From positions 5,056,001 through 5,120,000 of the forward strand of contig CBDBDQ010000005.1 in assembly GCA_965203905.1 (NCBI GenBank): a stretch of 64,000 nucleotides of DNA, read 5' to 3'. The notes under the pieces were generated by a model. It was not told where the DNA came from. It saw nothing but the letters and a program-made list of their open reading frames with translations, and ran no database searches. The number at the start of each line of letters is the position of its first letter. Position 1 is the first letter of the stretch. This DNA is from Spirochaetia bacterium (GTDB taxonomy: Bacteria > Spirochaetota > Spirochaetia > SZUA-6 > Bin103). Below are positions 1 through 10,168 of the stretch, piece after piece. Position numbers and translations under genes: made by a program.

Positions 1-332
1 CGTCCCGTTGCATCCAGCGAGAGGTAGCAGGGGCCGGGCCCCCCCGTGGGCTTCTGGTTCAGGGTTCTCAGTGCGCCATCCCCCGGATCGATGGCGAACG
101 CCGTGATCGCTCCGCTGGCCTTGCCTGCCACGTCGTTCACCTCGTTCACGGCGTAGAGGATTTTCCTCGACGGGGCCAAGGCCAGGTACGTCGGATTGTC
201 CGCGGCGTAAAGGGCGCCGGTGAGACTGAGCTCTCCGGAAACCGTATCGAAGCGGGCGGTGTAGATGCCTTCACTGGCGGTATCCCGAGTGAAGGTTCCT
301 ATGAACAGGATATGCTCACTATCTTTCGCCAT
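1..332 (-). CDS. lactonase family (6-phosphogluconolactonase-like) beta-propeller protein; runs off the window edge
   Basis: Manual translation MAKDSEHILFIGTFTRDTASEGIYTARFD...NPTYLAL...LYAVNE...TGGPGPCYLSLD matches the Pgl/YbhE pattern; GAGGAG RBS upstream. Confidence 0.85.
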   Translation of the reverse strand, partial: MAKDSEHILFIGTFTRDTASEGIYTARFDTVSGELSLTGALYAADNPTYLALAPSRKILYAVNEVNDVAGKASGAITAFAIDPGDGALRTLNQKPTGGPGPCYLSLDATG

Positions 333-358
333 GCACTCTCTCCTCAGATTGCTCGCCG

Positions 359-1642
359 TCAGATGCCTGGATACTCCAGCAAGGCCTCCGTGCCCTGCAA
401 GATGATGCCGTCATGGCCTTGCGCTTCAGCGAACTGCATCAGTCGTTGCACCGTCTCCTTCGGCCAGGTGCCCGCCTTGATCACCGGGTACGAAGGAATC
501 GAGCCATCGTTATACCGGCGTGCCCGCTGCATCTCCAGGGCCACGACGTCATACAACTTCTCGAAGCGCATCTCGAGGTCCACCGTGCCCACCCCCAAGC
601 CAGCCAGGGTTTGCGGCAGATCCAGGTGATCGTAGCCGAACAACCGATAGACGAGCTGCAACGCATCGGTCTCGTTCAATCCGGGGTTCCACTGGCAGAG
701 CAGGTCGGCATAGCTGGCAAAGGTCGCCAGGATGAAGATCTCCACGTGCGAGATGAGCGGACTGGTATAGCCGGACCAGCTCAGAAAATCGCGATAGTTG
801 TGGCCTACCAACAGCGAGAAGCTGGGCGGAAAGGTATCGGTTCCAAAGACGACCTCCCGTCCCGCAGCTTCATGTACCGCGTCCCTGAAGCGGCGCAGTT
901 GATCGCTGATCACCCGTGCCCGAAACTCGAACCAGTCGGTCAGGCCGGCGTCGATGCCCAGCCGCTGCGACAGGTCGACCAGCCCCCATCCGTCCCCGTT
1001 GGCCATCCGCACCGTCGCGGCGTCCAGATGATGGAGCCGATCCCAAAAGGCCAGGGCACTGGTACGCATGCGCGTGAAGTCGTAGCCCTGCTCGCGGGCC
1101 ACCGCCTGACAGCGCGCGCAGGCGCAACCGAACAGATTGTGCAGGAACGAAGGCGCCGTGTAGCGGCAGTGCGAGAGGTTGAGCCCCTCGACATCGTAGT
1201 TGGCGATCATTTCGGCATAGGCTGAACGCAGCCATTCGTTCAATCCTTCGTGATTGGGACAGAATGCGATGAGGTGCTGCTCCAGGCCGTAACGCAGCTT
1301 GGGAACTGCGCTGATCGGCTGTCCGTGCATATCCTGCATGCACATGGCCGGATGCCGGCCCGCGTCGTCGTGCCACCCCCAGCCACGTATCCAGACCTGC
1401 AGTCCCTTGTCGTGGGCGATATCGAGGGCGCGCCGCAAGTCGGCGTCGTCGTCCTCGCCGGGTGTCGGCACCGTCGCTTCCTGGCCAGGCGGCATGGGAT
1501 TCCTGGCGCGCGTCTCGGGTGAAAAGGTATAGCCCGCCATCAGCACGTGGTTCAGGCCCACGGTGTCGATCAGGGCATCGAAGTAGCCCGGATGTTGCAG
1601 CACGATCCGCGGTTCCGTATACAGTCCGACGAGTTTCGCCAT
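359..1642 (-). CDS. putative glycoside hydrolase-like TIM-barrel protein (GHL10-like)
   Basis: 427 aa; AHDKGLQVW, FCPNH, YDVEGLNLSHCRY, CACARC and WFEFR motifs; in an operon with the binding protein and lactonase. Confidence 0.6.
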   Translation of the reverse strand: MAKLVGLYTEPRIVLQHPGYFDALIDTVGLNHVLMAGYTFSPETRARNPMPPGQEATVPTPGEDDDADLRRALDIAHDKGLQVWIRGWGWHDDAGRHPAMCMQDMHGQPISAVPKLRYGLEQHLIAFCPNHEGLNEWLRSAYAEMIANYDVEGLNLSHCRYTAPSFLHNLFGCACARCQAVAREQGYDFTRMRTSALAFWDRLHHLDAATVRMANGDGWGLVDLSQRLGIDAGLTDWFEFRARVISDQLRRFRDAVHEAAGREVVFGTDTFPPSFSLLVGHNYRDFLSWSGYTSPLISHVEIFILATFASYADLLCQWNPGLNETDALQLVYRLFGYDHLDLPQTLAGLGVGTVDLEMRFEKLYDVVALEMQRARRYNDGSIPSYPVIKAGTWPKETVQRLMQFAEAQGHDGIILQGTEALLEYPGI

Positions 1643-1660
1643 CTGCTGTCCCTCCGCCGA

Positions 1661-3733
1661 CTACTCGGCGATGTAGAATTGAACGGGGGTTGCCTGAATC
1701 CAGAGCATGCTCTCGAAGGCGAACGGGAGCACTTCGGGGACGTTGCGCACGCGGTTGTTGACGATGATCGGCCGCACCACGTACGCCACGGTGCCGATCG
1801 CCGGCAGCAGCTCCGCCTGCAGCGCCCACCGCTCTGCGCCCAGCCGGTTGAACTCCTCGTCGTCGGTGGCGTTGGGCCACCCCCAGCCGGTGCGGATGAA
1901 TTTCTCCCACTCCTCCGGAGGTGCCTCGCCCGCGGGTGGTTCCTTGCCCTGGCGGCCTTGTTGCACCCAGAGCTCGTGTTGCCACCACCTATTCCAGTTC
2001 TCGGCGTAAGCCTTGAGGGTGCCGAAACCCGGATTGGAGGCCAGGCGGTTGGGGTTGTAGTCGCCGGCCACGCCCGCGTGCACGTCGAGCTGGTTGGCAG
2101 CCCTGAGCTCGGCGTAGAGCTCTTCGGAGACCATCTTGAGATCGACGCGCACGCCGACCTCCTGCCAGTAGTCCCGTACCAGCTCGCTGATGTTGAAACC
2201 CATCGGCCCGATCACCGACGAGGAACTGGTGCTCATCGACAGCGCAAACGAGCTGCCGTCCGGTCCCTCGCGGACGCCATCGCCGTCGGTATCACGCAAC
2301 CCGATCTCGTCCAGCATCGCCCGCGCCCGCGCCGGGTCGTAGTCGGCAAACGCCGTGGCCCACGCCGGATCGTAGAACCCCGCTCCCGCGGCCACCGTGA
2401 ACTGCTGCGGCGTTGCCAGCCCGTTGAACGCGAACTCGTTGATCTCCTCACGGTTGATGGCCAGCGACATGGCGTGGCGGAACCGCTTGTCGAGGAAGAC
2501 CTGCCGCTTCACCGGATCTTCATGATTGAGGTTGAACATGTAGATCATCCGCGCCGTCTTGAGATCCTGCCACTCGCGCAACGTGTAGTCGCCGATCGAC
2601 TCGTTCTCCTTGTAGAGCGCGAAGTCGGCCGGATCGGGGAGCCGGCCTCCCAGATCGACGCTGCCCTGCATCATGCTGAGAATGGCGACCTCGCTCTGCG
2701 CGAAGTAGCTCATGGTGAGGTTGTCGATATAGGGTAGCTGGTTGCCGGCGGTGTCCACGGCCCAGAAATAGGGGTTGCGCACCCGCGTAATGCCCTTCGA
2801 GTCGCGGTCGGACATGTACCACGGGCCCATCTCCGGCTGGATGTACTTGCGCCGTGGATCGAAGTTGAGCCGATCGTCGAAGTGCTTGATCCAGTCGTCG
2901 TAGCCTTCCTCCGCTGCCAGCTTCTCGGCGTCCGGGTTGAACTTGGGATGGAACTGCTGGAGAAAGTGGACCGGAGCGTAGAAGCGGCCCTGGCGCGAGC
3001 GCGTATACGCCATGAGGACGCTCAGCTTGGGCTGGGTGAGGGCGACGGGAAAGGAGATGCGCAGCGTGTAGTCGCCGAGCGCCTCGAACCTGGCGAGCTC
3101 GCCGCCCAGGGTGAACTGGCCGCGGTTGAAGTTCCTGATCTCCGGATCCTGCATCGTGTGCTCGTACACCCACATCGTGTCGTGCACGGTAAACGGCTCA
3201 CCGTCCGACCAGCGCGCGCCCTCCCGGTAGGAAATCGTGACGACGCGGTTGTCGTCCGAGACCTCGATGCCCCTTGCCAGGTAGGGGATGATGAGGTTGG
3301 AAGTGGGATCGGGCCGGAACATGAAGGCATGTTGCCCGCGGTACATGTCGCCCCAGTCCCCCGGTGACAGCCGGGCCACGCGCAGCGTGCCGCCGTATTG
3401 GCCCACCTCCGAGAACGGGGCGATCACCAGCGGATCGTCGGGCAGCCGGTCCTCCACGGGCGGCAGCTCCCCGGCTGCCACCATCTCCGCCAGCATCGGA
3501 GCTTCGTCGAACGCCGTGATACCGAGCTGTGATGCGGTGGGAGTCTCCAACCAGTTCTGCGGCCAGGTATAGCGACCGGCAACCAGCACCATGTCTGCGG
3601 CTGCCGTGGTGGCCGTGGCAGCCGTGCCTTCCGTAGCGCGCGGTGCGTCCGCGTCGCCCGCGGCAAACAGGAGCGGAGCGACAGCGCTCATGAGCGCGAC
3701 GACAATCGTGACCGAGAGACTTCTCGTTTTCAT
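1661..3733 (-). CDS. ABC transporter substrate-binding protein, family 5 (Opp/Dpp)
   Basis: Signal peptide; GELPPVEDRLP, YGGTL, WSDGEPFT and RNPYFWAVDTAGNQLPYID motifs. Confidence 0.92.
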   Translation of the reverse strand: MKTRSLSVTIVVALMSAVAPLLFAAGDADAPRATEGTAATATTAAADMVLVAGRYTWPQNWLETPTASQLGITAFDEAPMLAEMVAAGELPPVEDRLPDDPLVIAPFSEVGQYGGTLRVARLSPGDWGDMYRGQHAFMFRPDPTSNLIIPYLARGIEVSDDNRVVTISYREGARWSDGEPFTVHDTMWVYEHTMQDPEIRNFNRGQFTLGGELARFEALGDYTLRISFPVALTQPKLSVLMAYTRSRQGRFYAPVHFLQQFHPKFNPDAEKLAAEEGYDDWIKHFDDRLNFDPRRKYIQPEMGPWYMSDRDSKGITRVRNPYFWAVDTAGNQLPYIDNLTMSYFAQSEVAILSMMQGSVDLGGRLPDPADFALYKENESIGDYTLREWQDLKTARMIYMFNLNHEDPVKRQVFLDKRFRHAMSLAINREEINEFAFNGLATPQQFTVAAGAGFYDPAWATAFADYDPARARAMLDEIGLRDTDGDGVREGPDGSSFALSMSTSSSSVIGPMGFNISELVRDYWQEVGVRVDLKMVSEELYAELRAANQLDVHAGVAGDYNPNRLASNPGFGTLKAYAENWNRWWQHELWVQQGRQGKEPPAGEAPPEEWEKFIRTGWGWPNATDDEEFNRLGAERWALQAELLPAIGTVAYVVRPIIVNNRVRNVPEVLPFAFESMLWIQATPVQFYIAE

Positions 3734-3887
3734 CCGAGACCTCCGTGCGAGCGAATTGGCCCGTCAGGCCTGGCGTGCCCGGTGCAAAGCTCCGATGTTC
3801 GGCTCAGGGCCGGATCACCGAGCGTACCGCACCGTCGACCGCACCGCAACTGCACCGCAACCGCTCCGGGTGCGACCGGTGCGACCT

Positions 3888-5987
3888 AGGGCCATCCCAT
3901 GCTGAACGACGTCTGAGTCCTGTGTGGGGCCGAGCCGCGGTGACGGCCCCGGCGGCAGCGCCTGCCGGATCGCCGCCTTCAGGGTGTGTGGTTTCGTTCG
4001 CTGCACGATGTGTCCAGGAATGAGCGGGTAGCCGCCCACCGCAACGCCGGTCTCCACCGATGCGTTGCTGCCACGTCGGCGCCGCGGGGCAGGATTCTGC
4101 AAAAAGTGTCAAAAAAAGCTCGCTGAGCACTTGACGGGTTTGGCGCCGCTCGTGACGGCCCCCAGCCGCACGTTCCGGCCCCTCCGACCCTTCGAGCATC
4201 CCGCCACGCCCTCCAGGCCCGTCAGCACCCCGCCAGCGCCGGCCTGCACCCTTTCCGGTGCCGGTCCGGGACTCGCCGAAACCGTCCATTTCTCAGCCAT
4301 GATTATATTTACGCCATGGCTACCGCGACCCCTACCGGCTTCTCCTCCTCGCTCTCCGGGCTCCCCGACCAGGTGCTGCTGGCGCACACCAGGTCCCTCG
4401 TCCTGCATGAGCAGGCGCTGCAGCTCGCCGTCCTCGACCACCTGCGCGAGATCCACGCCCGCCACCTGCACCTGCGCCTCGGGTTCTCCAGCCTTTTCGA
4501 CTACGCGGTACGCGAACTGGGCTACAGCGAAGGTGCCGCGTGGCGCCGTATCAAAGCCATGCGCCTGTGCTCCGATACCGCCGGGTCACGCGAGCGGCTG
4601 CAGGACGGCTCGCTCTCCCTGAGCGCGGCGGCGCAGTTGCAGAACACCTTCGATCTCCTGCAGCGCACGGCCACCACCGCCGCGGACTCCGGCTCCGCAC
4701 CCGCGGCACCGGAGCTGCTGCCGGGCGGCACGGGGCCGGCGCTGGAGGCGGGGGCTTCGGGGGCCGTGGCAGCGGCGTCGGCGCGAGCGGTGCCGGCGTT
4801 GGACGCGGCGCAGCGGCAGGAGCTGGTGGCGCAGGCGAGCGGCAAGAGCACCCGCGAGGTGAAGCAGTTGTTGGCCGGTGTGGCTCCCGAGCTGGCGCCG
4901 CCGGCCGATCGCATGCGGGCGCTGGGGGACGGCCGCTGGGAGCTGAAGGTGGTGATCGACGCCGCCTGTCAGTGCGGGATCGAGCAGCTACGGGGACTGC
5001 TGTCGCACGTGGACCCGCACCTGACGCTGGGGCAGCTGGTGGAGCGGCTGGTGCAGGACGGCCTGCAGCGCTACGACCCGGGGCGGCCGCCGCGCGGGCG
5101 CAGAGGTGGGCGCCGGGAGGCAAGCGCGGGCCAGGCGCTGGAGCCGAAGGCGCAGGAAGAGCCGGCGGGCGGGGCGACTTCGCCGGCGAAGCGGGGCGCG
5201 CAAGAGCAACCCGGAGCGCCGCCGCCGGAGGGCACGAGCGCCGGTGGCAGCACCCCGGCGCCGGCAGAGGAACTCGCGTGCGGGATTGGCGGCGCCGGCA
5301 CCTTGGCGGTGGCAGCGCTGCCCGCGCCGCCGGCGGGGCGCGAGACTTGCGCGGGCAGCACCCCGGTGCGTGCCATGCCAGCGGCGGCGGCGCCCGACAC
5401 CGCTACTTCGGCGGCGAAGTCGGTGGCAGACCGTGGATCCCACGGCACCGCACCGACGCCACGGCGGACGGCGCCGGCAGACCAGGGCAAGCCGACCGCG
5501 CAGGCAGCGGCGGATCGCGGCCGCAGCGCTCCTTCGCCAGCGAAGCGGGCAGGGGCGGCGCAGCTCGATGGCCGTTCGCGGCCGCCGCCGGCACCAGCCG
5601 GCCGCTCCGGAGGCAGCGCGCAGCCGCCCCACCGGGCGCGGCGATCGCGGTACATTCCGGCACCAGTGCGGCGCGCGGTGTGGCGCCGCGACCGCGGCTG
5701 CTGCAGTTACGTCGATCCGCACAGCGGGCGGCGCTGCGGCTCCCGCTTCCTGCTGGAGCTCGACCACATCGTTCCCTTCGCGCTCGGCGGCAGCGCTGAG
5801 CCGCGAAACTTGAGGTTACATTGCGCTGCCCACCATCGCTTCCGGCATCGGGAGTATGGACCGCCGCCGGACGGGACCACATGATCGGTGCTCGTCGGGG
5901 GTTCGAGTTGGGCGGTCGGGTGTCGGTCCGAGGGCAGCGGGAGCAACGACCTACATCCGGCTTGTCGCGCAGCGTGGGATAGTCCTG
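3888..5987 (+). mobile_element. HNH-protein element copy 1 (conserved ~430-bp 5' arm, HNH ORF, ~100-bp 3' arm)
   Basis: Non-coding arms align with 17046-19160 (reverse strand) and 16023-16268; ends are approximate. Confidence 0.65.
4316..5884 (+). CDS. HNH endonuclease with DUF222-like N-terminus and Pro/Ala-rich linker
   Basis: GFSSLFDYAVRELGYSEGAAWRRI at the N-terminus; RD..CC....GRRC.....LELDHIVPFALGG....NLRLHCAAHH at the C-terminus; TATATT six nt before the ATG suggests a leaderless transcript. Confidence 0.88.
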   Translation: MATATPTGFSSSLSGLPDQVLLAHTRSLVLHEQALQLAVLDHLREIHARHLHLRLGFSSLFDYAVRELGYSEGAAWRRIKAMRLCSDTAGSRERLQDGSLSLSAAAQLQNTFDLLQRTATTAADSGSAPAAPELLPGGTGPALEAGASGAVAAASARAVPALDAAQRQELVAQASGKSTREVKQLLAGVAPELAPPADRMRALGDGRWELKVVIDAACQCGIEQLRGLLSHVDPHLTLGQLVERLVQDGLQRYDPGRPPRGRRGGRREASAGQALEPKAQEEPAGGATSPAKRGAQEQPGAPPPEGTSAGGSTPAPAEELACGIGGAGTLAVAALPAPPAGRETCAGSTPVRAMPAAAAPDTATSAAKSVADRGSHGTAPTPRRTAPADQGKPTAQAAADRGRSAPSPAKRAGAAQLDGRSRPPPAPAGRSGGSAQPPHRARRSRYIPAPVRRAVWRRDRGCCSYVDPHSGRRCGSRFLLELDHIVPFALGGSAEPRNLRLHCAAHHRFRHREYGPPPDGTT

Positions 5988-6062
5988 GGTACGCAATGAC
6001 TGGCCGCGGAGGTAGGCAGCGGCACCATGGTGGCATGCGGGTCGCGAGCGTAATCGCCACAC

Positions 6063-6389
6063 TCACGCGCCTGTACCAGTCGCGTAGGGGGTTACGAGAT
6101 CGAGCCTTGAGCCCAAGCGATCCTCTTCACTCTCGAGGTCGTGCTGATTTTGCAGGCCCATCCAAAACGCGGCGCTGTTCCCGAAGAAGCGGGCGAACAG
6201 CAGCGCCGTCTCCGCGGTGATCGCGCGCTGCCCGTGTACGATGGCATGAATGCGACGAGGGTCGACGCCAATAGCCTTGGCCAACCGGTACTGGGTGATG
6301 TTCATCGGCGACAGAAATTCCTCAGCGAGGATCTCTCCGGGATGAATCGGTGGAAGTTTCGGTTTTGTATTTTCTTCTTCTCTCGCCAT
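6063..6389 (-). CDS. higA: HigA-family addiction module antitoxin (orphan)
   Basis: PIHPGEILAEEFL...TQYRLAKAIGV...ITAETAL...FW..LQ. Confidence 0.88.
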   Translation of the reverse strand: MAREEENTKPKLPPIHPGEILAEEFLSPMNITQYRLAKAIGVDPRRIHAIVHGQRAITAETALLFARFFGNSAAFWMGLQNQHDLESEEDRLGSRLDLVTPYATGTGA

Positions 6390-6391
6390 AT

Positions 6392-7762
6392 CTATAGTCC
6401 AATTCGTGCCGCCAGATAGCGGGCGCCCTTGCCATCGCCGGCCTGCCGGGTCCACGCGGCCAGCAGGTTCCGGTGGTCGCGCAGCACCCGCTCGTGAGCC
6501 GGGGCCCCGGCCAGATTCACCGTTTCCAGGGGATCTTCGCGCAGGTCGCACAACAGCTCCTCCGACACCCCGTCATGGTGCAGGACGCAATACTTGTAGC
6601 GGTCGCTGCGCAGCATCCTGCCCGCCACCGTCTCGCTCACGACGTAGTCACGCCACCGCGCAGGCTCCTCGCCCAACGCCAGCCGCGCAAAGCTGCGTCC
6701 GGCAAGCCCCTCGGGAGCAGCGACCCCGGCGAGATCGCACAGGGTCGGCAGCAGGTCGATGCAGTTGTTGACCAGGTGCCTCTCGTCCACGCGGCCGGCG
6801 GGCACCCGGCCGGGCCAGCGCACGAGCAACGGCACGTGGACGGCTGCCTCGTAGAACGACCGCTTCATCGTCAGGCGATGCTCGCCGTCGTGGTCGCCAT
6901 GATCGCTGGTGAAGATCACCACCGTGTCCCGCTCCAGCCCCGACTCCCGCAGCGCATCCAGGACGATGCCGATCTGCCGGTCGACGTCGCCCATGAACGA
7001 GCGGTACGCGCCGCGGTAGAGCCGCCACTCCTCGTCGGTCCAGGCCTGAGAGCTGCGGCCGAAGCGGCGGTTCAGGCCCAGCTCCAGCGAAGACTCGTCA
7101 CCCAGCGTGCCGTCGCGGAACGCTGCGATCCAGCGCGGCTCGTCGCGGGTGGGGGCGAAGTTGGCGGGCAACGGCGGGCACCGGTCCAGCGTCAGCTCGC
7201 CGCTGGAGAACTTCCCGGTCTCGCGGTCTACCACCCGACAGATGTCATGAGGATTGATGAACGAGGCCCACAGGAAGAACGGAGCTCCTTGGCGTCTGCC
7301 CTTGCCGCGCTCCAGGAGAAAGTCTCCGGCACGCAGCGCCAGCTCCTCCCGCGAGTTGTCGATGAGACAGCGGAACCCGAACCGCTGCTCGGCTTCGCGG
7401 TTGAACATCGGCAGGCCCTCGACGTGCAGCTTGCCGCCGTAGACCGTTTCGTAGTCGGCCGCCTGCAGACACGACCCCATGGTGGGCGTGGACACCCAGT
7501 CAGCGATGGCGGGGAGCGCCTCCCCGGTGCTCTGGCGGTTGGTCTCCAGACCGCCGAACCGGTGCGGCATATCCCCGCTGAGCAGGCTGTAGCGAGCCGG
7601 CACGCACACCGGGTTGGCGACGTAGGTCAGACCGAAGCTGGTGCCCTCGCGCGCCAGGCGGTCAAGCGCCGGCGTCCGGACGTAGCGGTCACCGGCGTGG
7701 CCGGTCAGCCGGTGGTGCTGCTGGTCGGTGGTGATGAGCAGGATATTGGGGCGCTGAGCCAT
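6392..7762 (-). CDS. sulfatase
   Basis: RPNILLITTDQ; CVPAR (CxPxR); FTSDHGD; GGAG RBS before the ATG at 7762. Confidence 0.92.
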   Translation of the reverse strand: MAQRPNILLITTDQQHHRLTGHAGDRYVRTPALDRLAREGTSFGLTYVANPVCVPARYSLLSGDMPHRFGGLETNRQSTGEALPAIADWVSTPTMGSCLQAADYETVYGGKLHVEGLPMFNREAEQRFGFRCLIDNSREELALRAGDFLLERGKGRRQGAPFFLWASFINPHDICRVVDRETGKFSSGELTLDRCPPLPANFAPTRDEPRWIAAFRDGTLGDESSLELGLNRRFGRSSQAWTDEEWRLYRGAYRSFMGDVDRQIGIVLDALRESGLERDTVVIFTSDHGDHDGEHRLTMKRSFYEAAVHVPLLVRWPGRVPAGRVDERHLVNNCIDLLPTLCDLAGVAAPEGLAGRSFARLALGEEPARWRDYVVSETVAGRMLRSDRYKYCVLHHDGVSEELLCDLREDPLETVNLAGAPAHERVLRDHRNLLAAWTRQAGDGKGARYLAARIGL

Positions 7763-7789
7763 GCGGGTCTCCAAAGTGGTCGCGCGCCT

Positions 7790-8995
7790 TCAGTTGGCAT
7801 ACGGGTCGGCCGCATCGCGCAGCCCGTCTCCGACGAAGTTGAACGCGAGCACGGTGACGATAACGAACAGGCCGGGGATCATCAGCCATGGTGCCAGTGC
7901 CAGCGTGTGGATGTTCTGCGCCGCTTTCAGCAGCACGCCCCAGCTTATGGCCGGCGCCTGCATGCCCAGCCCGAGGAAGCTGAGGGCGGTCTCGGCCAGA
8001 ATCATGCCGGGGATCGTGAGGGTGAGGGCGGCGATGATGTGACTCAGGAACGACGGCACCATGTGGACGAAGATGGTGGCGATGTCGCCGCGACCGGCCA
8101 GGCGCGCGGCCACCACGAAATCGTCCTCCCGCAGCGCCAGGAACTTGCCCCGGACCACGCGCGCCAGCGTCGTCCACCCGAGCAACGACAGGATCACGGT
8201 GATGGCGAGGTAGGTCTGCACCACCGGCCAGCCGATGGGTAGCGCGGCGCTCAGCCCCATCCAGAGCGGCAGGCTGGGGATGGAGATCAGGATATCGATG
8301 CCGCGATTCACCACCTCGTCCAGCGGGCCGCCGAAATACCCCGCCAGCCCTCCGATCAGGATGCCGAGAAAGAAGCTGATGGCCACCCCCACCAGCCCGA
8401 TGGAGAGGGAGATCTGCGCTCCGTACAGGGTGCGGGCGAGCACGTCGCGGCCCAATGCGTCGGCCCCGAACAGGTGCACCGGCACGCCTTCGACCCCGGT
8501 GCCGAACAGGTGGACCTGCATCGGAAACAGGCCGAACAGCTTGTACTCGTGCCCGGGAACGAACAGCCGGATCGGGTAGGGCTGCGAGCGATCCTCCGTG
8601 TAGACGTTCTTGTAGGTCTCGCGGTTCTTCTCACTCTGCAAGGCGTAGACGAAGGGCCGCCGCAAGCGGCCGTCGTGGAACAGGTGCACCCGCATCGGTG
8701 GCGCCTCGCGATAGGCAACGTTGCGCTGCGTGGGGTCGTGCGGGCTCAGAAAGTTCGAGAACAGCGCCGCCAGGTACATCAGCACCAGCACTACCGAGCC
8801 GAGGATCGCCAGCCGGTGCTTGAGGAACCGGCGCCGCATCAACGCCCACTGCGAGGCGAAGTCGCGGGTGGCGGCCGGCCCGTCGGCGCCCGCGGCGAGC
8901 GGTCGTTCGGTCGGGGGGAAGGGCCGCTTCAAGTGCAGCCTGACCTCGCGTCCGCCCTCGGTGGCCGTGGGATCGCCGCGCTCGGCCATCGTCAC
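7790..8995 (-). CDS. ABC transporter permease (DppC/OppC-like)
   Basis: GADALGRD; REDDFVVAARLAG (EAA loop); GDGLRDAADPY. Confidence 0.92.
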   Translation of the reverse strand: MTMAERGDPTATEGGREVRLHLKRPFPPTERPLAAGADGPAATRDFASQWALMRRRFLKHRLAILGSVVLVLMYLAALFSNFLSPHDPTQRNVAYREAPPMRVHLFHDGRLRRPFVYALQSEKNRETYKNVYTEDRSQPYPIRLFVPGHEYKLFGLFPMQVHLFGTGVEGVPVHLFGADALGRDVLARTLYGAQISLSIGLVGVAISFFLGILIGGLAGYFGGPLDEVVNRGIDILISIPSLPLWMGLSAALPIGWPVVQTYLAITVILSLLGWTTLARVVRGKFLALREDDFVVAARLAGRGDIATIFVHMVPSFLSHIIAALTLTIPGMILAETALSFLGLGMQAPAISWGVLLKAAQNIHTLALAPWLMIPGLFVIVTVLAFNFVGDGLRDAADPYAN

Positions 8996-9990
8996 GCCGC
9001 CGCCTGCTTCTCGTAGCGGATCCGCGGATCCAGCAGCACCAGCAGGATGTCCGAGAGCAGCGTTCCCACCACGGTCAGAATGCTCAACAGCATGATGAAG
9101 CTGCCGGCCAGGAACATGTCCTGGGACAGCAGGGCACCGATCAGGAACGGCCCGGTGGTGGGCAGGTTGAGCACGATGGCGGTGATGGTGGCGCCGGAGA
9201 TCAGCGTCGGCAGCGTCCAGCCGACGGTGCTGATGAAGGGGTTGAGGGCCACGCGCACCGGGTACTTCATGATCAGGGTAGTCTCGGCCAACCCCTTGGC
9301 GCGCGCCGTGATGACGTACTGCTTGCGCAGCTCATCCAGCAGGTTGGCGCGCATGATCCGCACCAGCCCGGCGGTGCCCGCGGTGCCCAGCACCACCGTC
9401 GGCACCCACAGGTGCTCCAGCAGGTCGAGGACCTTGGCCAACGACCAGGGCGCCTCCCGGTACTCGACGGAAAACAGACCGCCGATGTCGAGCCCGAGAT
9501 AGCGAAACGCCACGTACATCAGGATGAGGGCGAGCAGGAAGTTGGGCGTGGCGAGCCCGATGTAGCTGAGGAACGTCGCCGCGTAGTCGCCCACCGAGTA
9601 CTGGCGCACGGCGGAGTAGATGCCCACCGGAAAGGCGACGATCCACACGAACAGCAGCGACGACAGGGAGATCACGAAGGTCAGGGCAATCCGCTCTCCC
9701 ACCAGCTCGCTCACCGGCGCGTTGTAGATGAAGGAGCGGCCCATGTTGCCGCGCACGAAGTTGCCGATCCACTTGAAGTACTGGCCCAGGAACGGCTGGT
9801 CGAGGCCAAACTCCTCCTTCAGCTCTTCGACCATATCGTCGTTGACCTCGAACCCCTCCGCCTCCAGCGCGAGAATGTACGTGGTCAGATAGTCGCCGGG
9901 AGGGAGCTGGATGATGGCGAACGAGACGAAGGAGATGACGACTAGGGCGATGAGCATATTCACGAGCCGTCGTACGAGATACTGTTTCAT
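8992..9990 (-). CDS. ABC transporter permease (DppB/OppB-like)
   Basis: YLVRR; QLPPGDY; YVITARAKGL; DPRIRY. Confidence 0.92.
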   Translation of the reverse strand: MKQYLVRRLVNMLIALVVISFVSFAIIQLPPGDYLTTYILALEAEGFEVNDDMVEELKEEFGLDQPFLGQYFKWIGNFVRGNMGRSFIYNAPVSELVGERIALTFVISLSSLLFVWIVAFPVGIYSAVRQYSVGDYAATFLSYIGLATPNFLLALILMYVAFRYLGLDIGGLFSVEYREAPWSLAKVLDLLEHLWVPTVVLGTAGTAGLVRIMRANLLDELRKQYVITARAKGLAETTLIMKYPVRVALNPFISTVGWTLPTLISGATITAIVLNLPTTGPFLIGALLSQDMFLAGSFIMLLSILTVVGTLLSDILLVLLDPRIRYEKQAAA

Positions 9991-10115
9991 CTTGCCAGCC
10001 TGCCCGAACAGCATGGTGCGCGATACCGGTGCGCTGTCAACCACGCACGGCCCTACGTCGGCATCCCGAGCACACAGCCGCAACTGGTACCGCGCTCGCA
10101 GGAGTTCCAACTAGC

Positions 10116-10143
10116 TTGACTCAGGCCCTGGGGGGGCGATAAT
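10116..10143 (+). promoter_or_regulatory. putative sigma70 promoter for the binding protein, with a G7 tract in the spacer
   Basis: TTGACT-16 bp-GATAAT, followed by GAGGAGG RBS. Confidence 0.45.
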
Positions 10144-10168
10144 TGTGGCCCCGAGGAGGGCTTGCTGC

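Noticed and set aside
3826-3887. Short ACCGC-type tandem repeats next to HNH copy 1
   Set aside because: Low-complexity and irregular, and not present beside the other copies
4316-5884. IscB/Cas9-like RNA-guided nuclease
   Set aside because: No PLMP or RuvC motifs; only a C-terminal HNH, so RNA guidance cannot be claimed from sequence
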